64,000 bases of DNA from an uncultured Lentisphaerales bacterium (GCA_943788985.1 CALSSJ010000023.1:1-64000); one strand, 5' to 3'; shown: positions 49,831-60,502, numbered from the stretch's first letter. The notes: a model not told the origin generated them from the sequence alone. A program made the numbers and translations.

Positions 49831-51552
49831 AGCAGAGGCAATCGCTGGGATCACGCCGCGGACGGAGTTGAGGATGGCCAGGGCATCGCTGCGGGGCAGG
49901 TCTTGGGGCGTGATTGGGGCCTCGACGAGCTCTCCGCTGGCCAGCAGTTCACTGCGCAGGGTCCCGGCCAGCAGGCCGCAATCGATAGGCGGTGTCAGCC
50001 ACTGCCCGCGCAAGAGCACGGCCAGGTTGCCAATGGAGGTCTCGGTGCACTCGCCGCGCTCATTGACGAGGATGACGTCATCGGCCGCAGGGGCGGACTG
50101 GCGTGCGGTGTCGTAGGCGAGGCGATGTGTGGTTTTGTGGCGCAGAAACAGGTCCTGACTGTGGACGGAGTCGGGCACGACCTTGAGCCTCCAAGGCTCG
50201 CCGGTGAGGCAGTGAAGGGTCTGTGAGCGAGGCGTCGATACGGCGGATGCTGTGAGTTCGACCCTGCCTTGGGGATCACAGGTCAGACGAAGGCGGGTAG
50301 GCTCTTGGTCCTGACGGTGCCTGAGCCGTTCACGCAGGGCGGGCAGGTCCAGGGCAAAGCCAAAGTAGGATGCGGAGTCCGCAAGTCTGGCCAGATGGCG
50401 GTCCAACAGCCAGATGCCCTCTCCGGGCAGGCTGATCATGGTCTCGAGCAGGGAGAATCGTGGCTGTGGGCGCTGCATGATCTGCGCCTTGAGCAGGCAT
50501 TCGGCATACTCGAGCTGGGTTGCGGAGTCCGCAATCACGCCGCTGCCTACGCGATAGTGCGCGCGCCCGTCGGCTGCGACCTGAAGGGTGCGTATGGCCA
50601 CGTTGAACAGGGACCGCCCATCGGGCAGCAGGCAGCCGATGGCCCCGCAGTAGGCGCCACGCGGTGCTTCTTCCAGCTGATCGATCAAGCCCATCGTCTG
50701 GACTTTGGGCGTACCAGTGACGGAGCCGCAGGGAAATAATGCTTGCAGGCAGTCCCAGAGCGTGGTGGCCTCGGAAATCTTGGCGCTGACGGTGGAGGTC
50801 ATCTGCAGCACGGTGGGGTGCCGCTCGACCTCGAATAATGCCGTGGGCTCGACACTGCCGAAGTCGGCGATACGGCCAAGGTCGTTGCGGAGCAAGTCGA
50901 CGATCATCACGTTCTCGGCACGGTCTTTCTCGGAACTGGCCAGTTCGTGCGCCAAGGCATCATCTTGAGAGGTGCTGAGTCCGCGTGGCCGGGTGCCCTT
51001 CATCGGGCGGCAGGTCAGGGTGGTCCCCTCGCGCTTGAAGAACAGTTCCGGCGACAGTGAGATTAGGGACCAGTCCTCGGTTTCGATGCAGGCGAAGTAG
51101 CCGAGCTGTGTGGTGGGACATAGATCTTGAAACAGCGCCATGGGGCTACCAGTGAGGGTGCCGTGCATGCCAAAGGAATAGTTGACCTGATAGGTCTCGC
51201 CGTCTTTGATCCGCTGGTGGATATCGGCCATGTGTCGGCGATAGGTGCTGGCACTGATGGCAGGCACGAGCGGGGAGAGTGAGGCGGCGGATCGTTCAAT
51301 GGGAGCGGTTTCGCCACAGACGCCGAACCAGGCAAGCGGCAGGTCGAGCTCCCGACTGGCCAAGGCGCTGTCGAAGGCTGGTGCAGCGTCGTAGGCGATG
51401 TAGCCGACAACGGTGGCTCCGCCTGCGGCGGCGGCTTCGGCCGCGGTGATGACAGCGCGAACGTCGGCCAGATCGTGGGCGACGAACTGTCGCGATATCT
51501 TAGTGAAGAAGTGGACGCCCTCGGACCGAAAGTCAATCCGGGCGCGGTTCAT
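49828..51552 (-). CDS. pabB: Aminodeoxychorismate synthase component I fused to ADC lyase (PabB-PabC)
   Basis: SPELFF, PMKGT, AENVMIVDLLRNDLGR, FPCGSVTGTPK; class IV aminotransferase C-terminus (HKTT.R, CGLLAGT, NSVRG). Confidence 0.92.
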   Translation of the reverse strand: MNRARIDFRSEGVHFFTKISRQFVAHDLADVRAVITAAEAAAAGGATVVGYIAYDAAPAFDSALASRELDLPLAWFGVCGETAPIERSAASLSPLVPAISASTYRRHMADIHQRIKDGETYQVNYSFGMHGTLTGSPMALFQDLCPTTQLGYFACIETEDWSLISLSPELFFKREGTTLTCRPMKGTRPRGLSTSQDDALAHELASSEKDRAENVMIVDLLRNDLGRIADFGSVEPTALFEVERHPTVLQMTSTVSAKISEATTLWDCLQALFPCGSVTGTPKVQTMGLIDQLEEAPRGAYCGAIGCLLPDGRSLFNVAIRTLQVAADGRAHYRVGSGVIADSATQLEYAECLLKAQIMQRPQPRFSLLETMISLPGEGIWLLDRHLARLADSASYFGFALDLPALRERLRHRQDQEPTRLRLTCDPQGRVELTASAVSTPRSQTLHCLTGEPWRLKVVPDSVHSQDLFLRHKTTHRLAYDTARQSAPAADDVILVNERGECTETSIGNLAVLLRGQWLTPPIDCGLLAGTLRSELLASGELVEAPITPQDLPRSDALAILNSVRGVIPAIASA

Positions 51553-52739
51553 GGCTGCTCGGCTGCCAGCTGTTCCACGAGGCTGCGGTCGAGCGCATTG
51601 AGGTTGGTCACGGAACCGAGTGGATTTGGCAGGGCAATGGAGAGTTCGCCGCCGAGATGCTCGCGAAACTCGTCAAGCCCCTGCCAGACCGCCTGGAAGT
51701 CGGTCTGCAGCAGTGTGTGTGTGGTCGGCAGTCCGACGGCCCGCAAGGCACCCACCACACGATCGCAGTCCGCCTTCTCGATGAGCCTGACTCGAGCTGC
51801 GTAGCGGAGATCAAGCGCGACGCCAATGGCCACGGCCTCGCCGTGCAGTAAGGAAAAGTCGGTGAGACATTCGAGACGGTGGGCGGACCAATGGCCAAAG
51901 TCCAGAGGCCGACTCGTCCCTTGCTCGAACGGATCGCCGCCCGCGCAGATGTGGGCCATGTGCAGTTGAGCCGTGCGCTCAATCATGTGGGCCTCTGCCT
52001 CCGCTTCGCGGTTGCGCAGTTCGCACACATGGTCGCAAAGCCAGTCGAGGAAGTCTCGGTCCTTGATGATGCCCACTTTGAATGCCTCGGCGAGGCCACT
52101 TACCCAGGTGCGCTGATCAAGCGTAGGCAGGAAATCATAGTCACAGACGACTAGATCCGGGACTTTGAAGGCGCCCCAGAAATTCTTGGTGCCGAAGCCA
52201 TTTATGCCATTCTTCACACCGACCCCGGAATCGTTCATGGACAGGACGGTGGTAGGCATGCGCACCAGGCGGAGTCCGCGATGGGCGGTGGCAGCGACAA
52301 AGCCAACGGCGTCCAGCACGGCACCGCCCCCAATGGCGATCAGATAGGAATGGCGACAGAGCTTGTGGTCCCGAATCCAGCCACCAAGGTCCTCGATCAC
52401 TGGCCATCCGGCTTTGGCTGCCTCGCCGCCAGCGATGGTGCGAATGTCGATGAGCTGGAGTGCCGGCGCATGGCGAGCGGCCCAACGACGAATACGATCG
52501 AAGAGCCCGGGGTGCGCCACCGCAACATTCTCATCGATTACCACAGCGATCCGTGCGGGTACCATTTCGTCCGGAAGCCAGGCATAGTCGTCAAAGGCGC
52601 CGCGCAGGAAATGCACGGCGTAGGCCGCCTCTAGGGTGAAGCGGCTGCTTTGGATGTTGGTCGCGGCAATGGTGGGCAAAGTAAGAATCCCCGACGGCTG
52701 AAAAGCCTCAATTTCTACAGGAGCGCGCCGGGCGTGCAA
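51549..52739 (-). CDS. 3-dehydroquinate synthase family protein (EboD-like; start uncertain)
   Basis: GGEAAK, GGGAVLD, MPTT, GDPFE..RPLDFGHWSAH, HGEAVAIG. Confidence 0.85.
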   Translation of the reverse strand: MHARRAPVEIEAFQPSGILTLPTIAATNIQSSRFTLEAAYAVHFLRGAFDDYAWLPDEMVPARIAVVIDENVAVAHPGLFDRIRRWAARHAPALQLIDIRTIAGGEAAKAGWPVIEDLGGWIRDHKLCRHSYLIAIGGGAVLDAVGFVAATAHRGLRLVRMPTTVLSMNDSGVGVKNGINGFGTKNFWGAFKVPDLVVCDYDFLPTLDQRTWVSGLAEAFKVGIIKDRDFLDWLCDHVCELRNREAEAEAHMIERTAQLHMAHICAGGDPFEQGTSRPLDFGHWSAHRLECLTDFSLLHGEAVAIGVALDLRYAARVRLIEKADCDRVVGALRAVGLPTTHTLLQTDFQAVWQGLDEFREHLGGELSIALPNPLGSVTNLNALDRSLVEQLAAEQP

Positions 52740-52768
52740 CCAGAGCCGGACAGAGAAACACAGTTAGG

Positions 52769-53188
52769 CTATTTTTCGCTCTTCTCTTTCCGCAGTGCTT
52801 TTAGCTTGTGGGTGTCTCCAACCAGGCAGACGCCGCCGCATTGGGGGCACATTTTGGCGGACATTTCTACGTTCCCGTCTCGAAACGTCCAGAACTTCGT
52901 CTCCCTCGGACGGAAGTAGATTTTTCCGGTGCTTTGCACACCACCGTCAACGATTCCGTCGTGATTGCAGTAGGGGCAAAGATGCAACGCGGTCTGGGCA
53001 TCGCGCTCGCTTGGAAACACGCGAACCATGGCGTCGAGATCTTCTTGGAGGAAGCGGGTAGAGTCGCCTACTTTGCGAAAGGTGATTTTCTTCTCTCGCA
53101 TCCAGCGATACAGCGTCGGCTCGCCGATTTCCAGATAAGCGGCGGCGTCTTTAATCGTGTACCAGTCTGGACGGTCATTGGAAGGCAT
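52769..53188 (-). CDS. Excisionase-like HTH (HTH_17) protein with C-terminal zinc ribbon
   Basis: YTIKDAAAYLEIGEPTLYRW..KVG..RF; CPYC and CPQCG. Confidence 0.85.
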   Translation of the reverse strand: MPSNDRPDWYTIKDAAAYLEIGEPTLYRWMREKKITFRKVGDSTRFLQEDLDAMVRVFPSERDAQTALHLCPYCNHDGIVDGGVQSTGKIYFRPRETKFWTFRDGNVEMSAKMCPQCGGVCLVGDTHKLKALRKEKSEK

Positions 53189-53511
53189 ACCTAGTTCCTA
53201 CGCAAAAGTTAAAGAGAAAACTACGACACGATAGCTCAAGATCGCGTACTGACAAGATGGCTGTGGCGACATACGCTGATTACGCGCCCGGTAGTACCGT
53301 TCCTAGCGGCCTAGCGGGCTTAGCTGAATCTGCTGCAAAATCGAGCAGTCGACACCATCTCTTAGCCCGTTTCGGTTGTATATGGCCCATATACGCCCTT
53401 CAACGGGCCAATTCTGGCGCTCGATTGCTCGATTTCTCGCTACGATCCCCTAAGTCCCACAAGCTGCTAGAAAACAAAAACGCAAGCGAACGCCTGCAAG
53501 GAGATGAGAGA

Positions 53512-53763
53512 GTGCCCACATACGACTACGAGTGCCCGGCGACCGGCGAGGTTGTGGAAGTGCGCCACGGAATGATGGAATCGCTGGAGACTTGGGGCCA
53601 GCTGTGCGCGCGCGCAGAGCAGCCTCTGGGCTCGACGCCGCCCGATGCTCCCGTACGACGCAAGTTGAGCGGCGGCAACCTAATGGTCAAGGGCGGGGCT
53701 GCACCACCGCCATCACCTAGCGCCGGCGGCGGTGGCTGTAGGCCATCTTGCGGCTGCTGCTGA
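53512..53763 (+). CDS. FmdB-family zinc ribbon protein
   Basis: MPTYDYEC..EVRHGM; GGAG RBS upstream. Confidence 0.8.
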   Translation: MPTYDYECPATGEVVEVRHGMMESLETWGQLCARAEQPLGSTPPDAPVRRKLSGGNLMVKGGAAPPPSPSAGGGGCRPSCGCC

Positions 53764-53776
53764 ACCGAGAAGAATC

Positions 53777-54961
53777 ATGCAGATTCTACTAGGAATCACG
53801 GGTGGTATCGCGGCGTACAAAATGGTGGACGTCTCGAGTACGCTGCGGCAGCGGGGATGCGATGTCCGCGTTGCGATGACCCCCAGTGCACAGGCTTTTG
53901 TACAGCCGACTACGTTCGCGGCCGTCTCAGGCGCAGGGGTTCTGACTGAGATGTTCGGCGATGCACGCACGGATGACCTAAAGGCGCATTACCCCCACCT
54001 GTACCCGGCGATGGAGGCAGACGCCTTTGTGCTCGCACCGGCCACAGCCAACACGATTGCGAAGATCGCGACCGGAATCGCCGACAACGTGGTGACCTGC
54101 TCGGCGATCTCGCTGCCAAAATCTGCCCGGCGATTCTTTTGCCCGGCGATGAACGCGCGCATGTGGGAGCAGGATGTCGTGCAGGAGAACGCGGCCTTGC
54201 TTCGTGAACGAGGCTGGCAGCAACTGGGCCCGGATAACGGACACCTGGCCTGCGGAGTGCTGGGAGCAGGCCGCATGGTCGATCCCGCGAGTATCGTAGA
54301 AGCGGTCCTAGCGACCGAGGACCGGGTGCTCGCTGGCAAGCGAGTCTTGATCTTGTCCGGCCCGACCCGCGAGCCGATCGATGCGGTGCGCTACATCACC
54401 AACCACAGCAGCGGCCTGATGGGTAAACTCCTCGCGGAGCAGGCTGTGGCGGCAGGTGCGACGGTAGACTTTGTGACCGGCCCGGTGACGACGGAGAATC
54501 TCCCGAGCGGCCCCGGCATCCAGCGGCATCCGGTGGGAACTGCCGCCGAGATGCTCGCTGCTGGTCAAGCGCATTTCGCGGATGCGGACATCGCAATCTT
54601 TGTCGCTGCGGTGGCAGACTTCACCATCTCCGATGCGGACACCGCAATCAAGATGGCGCGTGGTGCAGGCGTTCAGCTTAGCCTGACGCCCACCGTGGAT
54701 ATCGCGGCGACGCTGTCGGCGCAGAAGCGCCCTGATCAGTGCTGCGTGGGGTTTTCGCTCGAGGCCACTGCAGACGTCGAACGGGCAACTGCGAAACGGG
54801 CACGGAAACAGCTCGACGGCATGGTCCTGAATACGGTAGAAGCGATGAACGCCGAGGGTGGTACGTTTACCTGGATCGGGCAGTCTACGTCCGACTGGGG
54901 ACCACTCAGCAAGCGTGAATGTGCCGGGAAGATTCTACAGCAAGTCGCAGCGCTGGTATAG
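53777..54961 (+). CDS. coaBC: Bifunctional phosphopantothenoylcysteine decarboxylase/ligase
   Basis: GITGGIAAYK, APATAN, PAMN, LACG..G.GRM, GPTREPIDAVRYITNHSSG. Confidence 0.95.
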   Translation: MQILLGITGGIAAYKMVDVSSTLRQRGCDVRVAMTPSAQAFVQPTTFAAVSGAGVLTEMFGDARTDDLKAHYPHLYPAMEADAFVLAPATANTIAKIATGIADNVVTCSAISLPKSARRFFCPAMNARMWEQDVVQENAALLRERGWQQLGPDNGHLACGVLGAGRMVDPASIVEAVLATEDRVLAGKRVLILSGPTREPIDAVRYITNHSSGLMGKLLAEQAVAAGATVDFVTGPVTTENLPSGPGIQRHPVGTAAEMLAAGQAHFADADIAIFVAAVADFTISDADTAIKMARGAGVQLSLTPTVDIAATLSAQKRPDQCCVGFSLEATADVERATAKRARKQLDGMVLNTVEAMNAEGGTFTWIGQSTSDWGPLSKRECAGKILQQVAALV

Positions 54962-55274
54962 GAAGCGCTCGGCCTCCCTCCTCTTGCGGTAGCGTGGCCA
55001 AAAATCTTGCTCGGCAGCAAAAGCCTTTAGAGCTTCGTTTTCCTCACCCACGAAGGCCGCGTAGTCCACTGCTCCTGCAGAATCAGGACCTGAAAAATTC
55101 CGCCGTAATGGGTCGATTGCTTTGGCAAAGGATGGTGCCATCGGCAACGACCTTCCTAATCCGAACCGCTGATTTCATCTCTCACGCCGTTGTTTACCAT
55201 GTGGGCTTGTTTTCTGTGCAGTAAACCACCCCACACAGTAAACTATTCAATCTCAGCCGCAGTCAGGAGTATGA

Positions 55275-55769
55275 TCAGTACTCCTTAAGGCTGCGAGACG
55301 AAGCGCGCACTAGATCAACGGTTACCGTGATGACGCCAACGTTGTCGCCGGGCTTGCCGTCGTTGCAGCGCAGCCAGACCTCGCCGAAGCCGGTGCTGAT
55401 CATCTCCGCCTCGGTGCCGATGGGAAAGGCCTGGGTATCTCCGATCCGGGCAATGAGCATGCCATGGGATTCGCGCGGCAACGGATTGCGCGCAGGCAAC
55501 CGGATACCCAGCGACGAGTACTCAATTCCATTGGCATTGCAGACTTCTACCTCATCTTTGAGAGACCAGATGCCGTCGGCCTGGAAGCCGATGCGATCGC
55601 CAATGTTCGCGAAGATTCCAGTCTTCTGCCAGCCATCTGAGGCGAAGATCTCGAAGCGCGGCGCGGTAGCCGGCATTTGGATGCGCACGCCCGGCTGATA
55701 GGTTTGCTGCGTGCGGCATCCGCAAAGTAGGCAGACCACGCCAACAATATTCAATAGCTTGCGAGTCAT
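55275..55769 (-). CDS. Lipoprotein with a LecA/PA-IL-like beta domain
   Basis: LLCGC lipobox; WQKTGI..GD...GMLIARIG..ND...DNVG. Confidence 0.6.
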   Translation of the reverse strand: MTRKLLNIVGVVCLLCGCRTQQTYQPGVRIQMPATAPRFEIFASDGWQKTGIFANIGDRIGFQADGIWSLKDEVEVCNANGIEYSSLGIRLPARNPLPRESHGMLIARIGDTQAFPIGTEAEMISTGFGEVWLRCNDGKPGDNVGVITVTVDLVRASSRSLKEY

Positions 55770-57120
55770 CGTAGTTGCTCCTCTAACCATTCTAAGGCCT
55801 GCTCACGAGAAGTGAGCGCGCCATCCAGCTGTAAATCTTGAGCCTTCCGCAGCAGTTCGCCAATCCTTGGCCCCGGCGCGATGCCGAGCGCCATGGCATC
55901 GCCGCCGCGCAGCAGCGGCTCGGGAACTGGCGGTTCGTTGGCCAGCGCAGCCAGCTCATCCAGGCAAAAGACGTAGTTGTCTAAGATCCCATGGCAGGCC
56001 AAACAGTCGATGCGATGCAGGTCTAGCTCGAGCTCGAAGGTGTCGCGCCCAAACATGCGCCGCAGTGTTGCCTTGCGCATCTTTTTTACGTCGGCAAAGG
56101 ACATGTGGTAGTAGACTAGCTCGCGGACTTGGCGGATGTGCTCATTGGAGGCTTTGAGGCGCTTGAGGATGTCCTCGGCCATGTCCGCGCCGACGGCTGC
56201 GTGACAAGGAAAGGTCTCGCGACCATGGGACCCAATCTCAAAGGTGGGTGGCTTGCCTACATCGTGCAGCAGCACGCCCCAGGCCAACGCCGAACAGGGA
56301 TGCACCATATTGCGCAGCAGCAGCATGTTGTGGACCCAAACGTCCCCTTCCGGGTGATATTCTGGCGGCTGGGTCACGCCATGCATACAGGTCAGCTCCG
56401 GCAGAATCTCTTCCAACAGCCCAAGGCGGTCCAGAAGTTCGAATGCCTCGGCGGGTTGCGCCCCGGTGAGCATCTTGTCTAGTTCCGAAAAAATTCGCTC
56501 GGCGCTGATCTGGGTGATCGAGCCGGAAAACTCCTGAATTGCTGACTCCGCAGCGGAGTCGAGCGGGAACTGAAACCGGGCGGAGAAGCGGACGGCGCGC
56601 AGCATGCGCAGGTAGTCTTCCTCGAAACGACGGGAAGCATCACCGACGGTTCGAATGATGCCCTTTTTAAGGTCTGTCAGGCCGCCGATAAAATCTACGA
56701 TTTCATGGGAAACGGGGTCGTAGAAGAGCGCGTTGATGGTGAAGTCTCGGCGCTTGGCGTCCTCTCGGGCATCGGCAAAGGTTACGCCTTCCGGCCTGCG
56801 GCCATCGACGTAGCCGCCATCAATGCGGAACGTGGCAACTTCGGTTTGGACCTCTTCTCCCACGACGACGATGACGCCAAAGGCAGCGCCGACGGCGACG
56901 TTGCGGCGAAAGAGCTTCTGCACCTGCTTCGGAGTTGCGCCGGTGGCTACGTCTACATCGTTGGGGGCCCGGCCAAGTAGACGGTCGCGGACCGCACCGC
57001 CGACCACATAGGCCCTCGTGACCGTGCTCCCGTAGAGTCTGCACGATGAACGCCGCGTGTTCCTCGGCGGGAGTCAGGCCGGCTTGCTGGCCAGATCTGG
57101 TTATGAATTCGTTCGGACAT
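55766..57120 (-). CDS. cca: CCA-adding tRNA nucleotidyltransferase/poly(A) polymerase with HD domain; two apparent +1 frameshifts at the 5' end
   Basis: VGGAVRD, DVDVAT, RRDFTINAL, EDYLRMLRAVRF, HDVGKP; N-terminus recovered by removing a base at ~57080 and at ~57013-57015. Confidence 0.9.
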
Positions 57121-57180
57121 GGTGAGGTTCTCCGTTCGGCAAATCACCGGCTGATGCCGCACTCGCCTGTTCTTTCAAGC

Positions 57181-57885
57181 TCAACGTCGCCGCAGAGTCG
57201 CTAAAGCGCGCAAAGTAAATAATGCCTCTTTGCGCACCCAGGGAGGGGCGTCCGGAGCTTCGCTTAGTGTTTCGACCGCCTCCAGAAAGCCAGGTGCCTC
57301 GTTGCGGAGTTTACGCACCATATAGACGGACGCCCAGCGCGCCTCCCAGAAGCTGCGCGTCTTTTCCTGGCCTGCGTGGGCGTCTGGATTAAGATGATCG
57401 GCGAGCAGTTGAATCTCTTCGGCACTTTCACCACCTGGCTGCAGGGCGATAATTGCCCCAGCTGCGTAGGTGTGTAGAACCGGGTCTTCGGACCAGAAGA
57501 ACACGCGTCGGATGCTGGCCATAGTCTCGTCTTCGACCTCGCCGAAGTTGGCAAATGCGCGCATCATGAAGGCACGATTTACGGGATCGGGCTCGACGTC
57601 GAAGGCCGCTCGCAGTGCGAACTCCGCAATGCTGCCGTCATGCCGCAGCAACTCAAGAATGTGGGCGGCTCTCCGACGCTCCCATTGATCGCCCCGCAAG
57701 TCACCGCGCAGCATCTCAGCAGTCTGCTCAAGGGTGGCCCGCAGCTTGCGAATCTCTGGCAGAGTTGGGGGGCGGCTTCCAGAATCCCGCCAGGAGGTTT
57801 GCCGAAGTTCTGGTTGACCCCGAGGGGGCGTGACGCATCCACAGAGCGCGCTAGCCAGTAGGCCTAGGCCAATCAGGCTTCGCAT
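57181..57885 (-). CDS. Helical-repeat lipoprotein
   Basis: ALCGC lipobox; HEAT-like helices. Confidence 0.55.
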   Translation of the reverse strand: MRSLIGLGLLASALCGCVTPPRGQPELRQTSWRDSGSRPPTLPEIRKLRATLEQTAEMLRGDLRGDQWERRRAAHILELLRHDGSIAEFALRAAFDVEPDPVNRAFMMRAFANFGEVEDETMASIRRVFFWSEDPVLHTYAAGAIIALQPGGESAEEIQLLADHLNPDAHAGQEKTRSFWEARWASVYMVRKLRNEAPGFLEAVETLSEAPDAPPWVRKEALFTLRALATLRRR

Positions 57886-58385
57886 GGGGGCTTGTCTCCC
57901 AGAACGCCCCTGAGAGCCGTGGCCATGCCCTGAAGCCAGAGTAGGACGAAGCTGAACGGGATGAGCGCACGGACGATGCCGCGCAGTGGCAGGCCGTTAT
58001 CGTTGGCACTGGCTTCCCAGCCGGAGGGGAGAAAGGCAGCACGGGTGAACTGCATTCCTTCCCAGATCACCACGCCGCAGAATGGCGTAAGCAGGGCTGC
58101 AACGCCAACGAGATTGATCCAGGCTCGGGTCTTTGGCCTACACTTGTGATAGAACACATCGACGCGCACGTGCCGGTCTTCTGCGAGCGTCATCGGCGCG
58201 GTAAGCAGCAGCAGGCCTGCGAACAGGTGCCAGCCCACTTCCTGCCAGGCGACACTGCCACCACGCAACGCGGAGCTAAGCACATCGATCGCCACAACGG
58301 CAACCAGACCAGCGCCGTACCATGAAATCAGATTACCCAGTGCGAGGTTCGCATCGGTGACGGCCTGACCAACCCGGCGTACCAT
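57873..58385 (-). CDS. TRAP transporter small permease (DctQ-like)
   Basis: WQEVGWHLF, HVRVDVFY, four TM helices. Confidence 0.85.
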   Translation of the reverse strand: MVRRVGQAVTDANLALGNLISWYGAGLVAVVAIDVLSSALRGGSVAWQEVGWHLFAGLLLLTAPMTLAEDRHVRVDVFYHKCRPKTRAWINLVGVAALLTPFCGVVIWEGMQFTRAAFLPSGWEASANDNGLPLRGIVRALIPFSFVLLWLQGMATALRGVLGDKPPCEA

Positions 58386-60497
58386 CAATGCCGCCCCGTG
58401 CGCCACAGGTAGTACATGAACTCGGAGCGACGACGTCTAGACCTTGGAGTGACGTTTACACCTTTCAGATTTCGCCGACGCTTGCGCACGCGTGCGTCTC
58501 CCGGCGCCCCACCAAGCGTATATTTCTCAACATAGCCTGCCCACGGCAAGCGCGACAAGGCAAGCCAGCGCAGCCACATTCCCAGATAGAGCGCCCAGGC
58601 AAACACGGAGAGAGTCGTCAGCACATACATGCCAGACCAGATCACGCCAGGGCTTCGGTTCGGCCCACTGGGACCGGCCAAGCCAGCGCGCAGAGCGCTT
58701 GGCGAAACCAGAAACTCTACGTGCGGTTCGATGACCTCGGGTACTGCGGTTGGAATCAGCGAGTTGACCACGCCGCAACTAAAGTCAGCCACAAAGGTGG
58801 GAAGCGAGCGTCCACGTACAATCTCAAGGCGCATCACGCCGAAGGACACAGTGAGCACGATCGAAATGGCTAACGCTAGCAGAACGCCATGTAAAAAGGG
58901 AAAACGTCGTATGTCCCGCGTCCAGTGCCTGGCACCATCGCGCAGGTACTTGCTGATCCACTCACGGCTCTCGCCGACAATGCTGGCCTTGCAGATCGAT
59001 GCGTTGCACAAGTGGACTGCGTAGGGGACGCGGTCGCCTTCCTCACGTCGCCAGACGATCTCTCCTGCGGTGGCGAGGCGGGGATCATCCTCTGCGGCAG
59101 CATCGGTGCGCTTCTTTCCCTTCTCTCGCTCCTCGCTGCTGCGCTTCGTCCCTCCTCGCTTCTCGCCGAGTTTTTTTTGGCGCTTGCGGGACGATTTGCT
59201 CTCCTTCCCTTCTGGGTTGACCGCTTTGGGGCGCGTTTCTTCCACCTTCTTGCGCGCCGCTTTGAGTTCATCGCCACGGCGTTGGGCGGCCAGAATCGGC
59301 ATGGGCACAGGATCCGGCTGCGTGATCGCAGGATGCAATTCAGGAACGCGTTTTCTCAGAGCCTGCTTGGCCAGCAGAGAGCCATGATGAACCAGAAGCT
59401 CTGCTTCTAAGGGAGTGATGGGCGTGAACCCATCGCGCAATGCGGCAAGGGCCGGCACGAACTCATCAGGCAGTGCAACCCCAAGTGAGTCATCCGCCTG
59501 CATGGTCAGGTGGGCGAAGGCATAGCTGCTCAATAATTGGCTGCGCTGGCATTCCTGCAGCATCTGCATGCTGCGCCGGCGGTTTGCTGCCTGCAATGCC
59601 GCCACGCACTGGCTACGGCCGCTGTGCCGGATTGCCGAAAGGCTCCCTGAACCATCAGCCACAAGCACGACGATGTCATGCTCTGGGCCGGGGCGCAGAG
59701 TGGGCTGTCGAAACTCTGCGCGAAGGCGATTGTCATGCGGATGGGATAACTCGAAGTAGTCGAGCAATGACTCCAGCCCCAGGCTGTCTACTAGACTGCC
59801 ATCCAACAGCCGGTCTCCGGCCATGTTTACGGGACGCCATTGCCCGGGCGTTGCGCAGGAGGCTCCTACGATCTGGCCAAGTTCCAGCACGTTAATTCCG
59901 CGCTGTGCGATTTGCGCGTCGAGCCCCGTCTCTGGCTCCTGACTGAAGACGCGACGCTGGCCAGTGCCCAAGGAGGCAGTTCCTAGTAGGATCCGGCTGC
60001 CGGTAAACCGAATCTCATCCCCCCCCGCCCGTCACCTCTTGGCGAGGCAAGTCGCCAAGCGTCAGGCTGGGGCGAAAGAAGTGTCGCTGGATCTCAGCGC
60101 CTAGGGCACCATCACCGCCGGCTGTGCCAAGACCGAAAATGCGAAGCGGATGTTGCAAGGGCCGGTAGAGCCCAGCCGCAGCAGCTAGATCATGCGATGC
60201 GAGGGAAATAAACTGGCGGATAATTTCATCCGCGGCTTCTTCGCGCTCGCGAAACGGATTCACCTGCAACTTGCGTTGCATCTCGATCAGGTAATAGGCT
60301 GCTGCCAGAGAGCCGCCGGAGACGGCTGAGATCGCTTCGGCCCTGCCCAAGATTCCGTATGATTCAAGCCGTCGCAGAAATCCAAGGTGGAAGCAACTGG
60401 CACGAAAGCCACTGCCCGAGAGGGCAACGCCGATCCTAGGAGCTAGCGCGGCAGGCTGAGACCTACGCACCGCTCGGGGCGTAGTGGCCGCTTCCAC
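58385..60497 (-). CDS. Patatin-like phospholipase with C-terminal TM segments; frameshift in a G8 tract at 60019-60026
   Basis: GVALSGSGFRA, AVSGGS, LLDGS; deleting one G gives ...GGG-DEIRFTGSRILLGTASLGTGQRR. Confidence 0.7.
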
Positions 60498-60502
60498 AGA
60501 AA

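Noticed and set aside
49828..50226. 3' part of the 365-aa + strand ORF 49129-50226, and many other overlapping ORFs in the track
   Set aside because: These are antisense shadows of well-supported genes in GC-rich DNA.
41842..50533. CRISPR array or REP interpretation of the palindrome
   Set aside because: Copies are only 13-17 bp, irregularly spaced, intragenic and in frame; no cas or RAYT gene is present.
57007..57120. Programmed frameshifting or pseudogenisation of cca
   Set aside because: Two single-base insertions in short runs of an otherwise intact housekeeping gene most likely reflect assembly errors.
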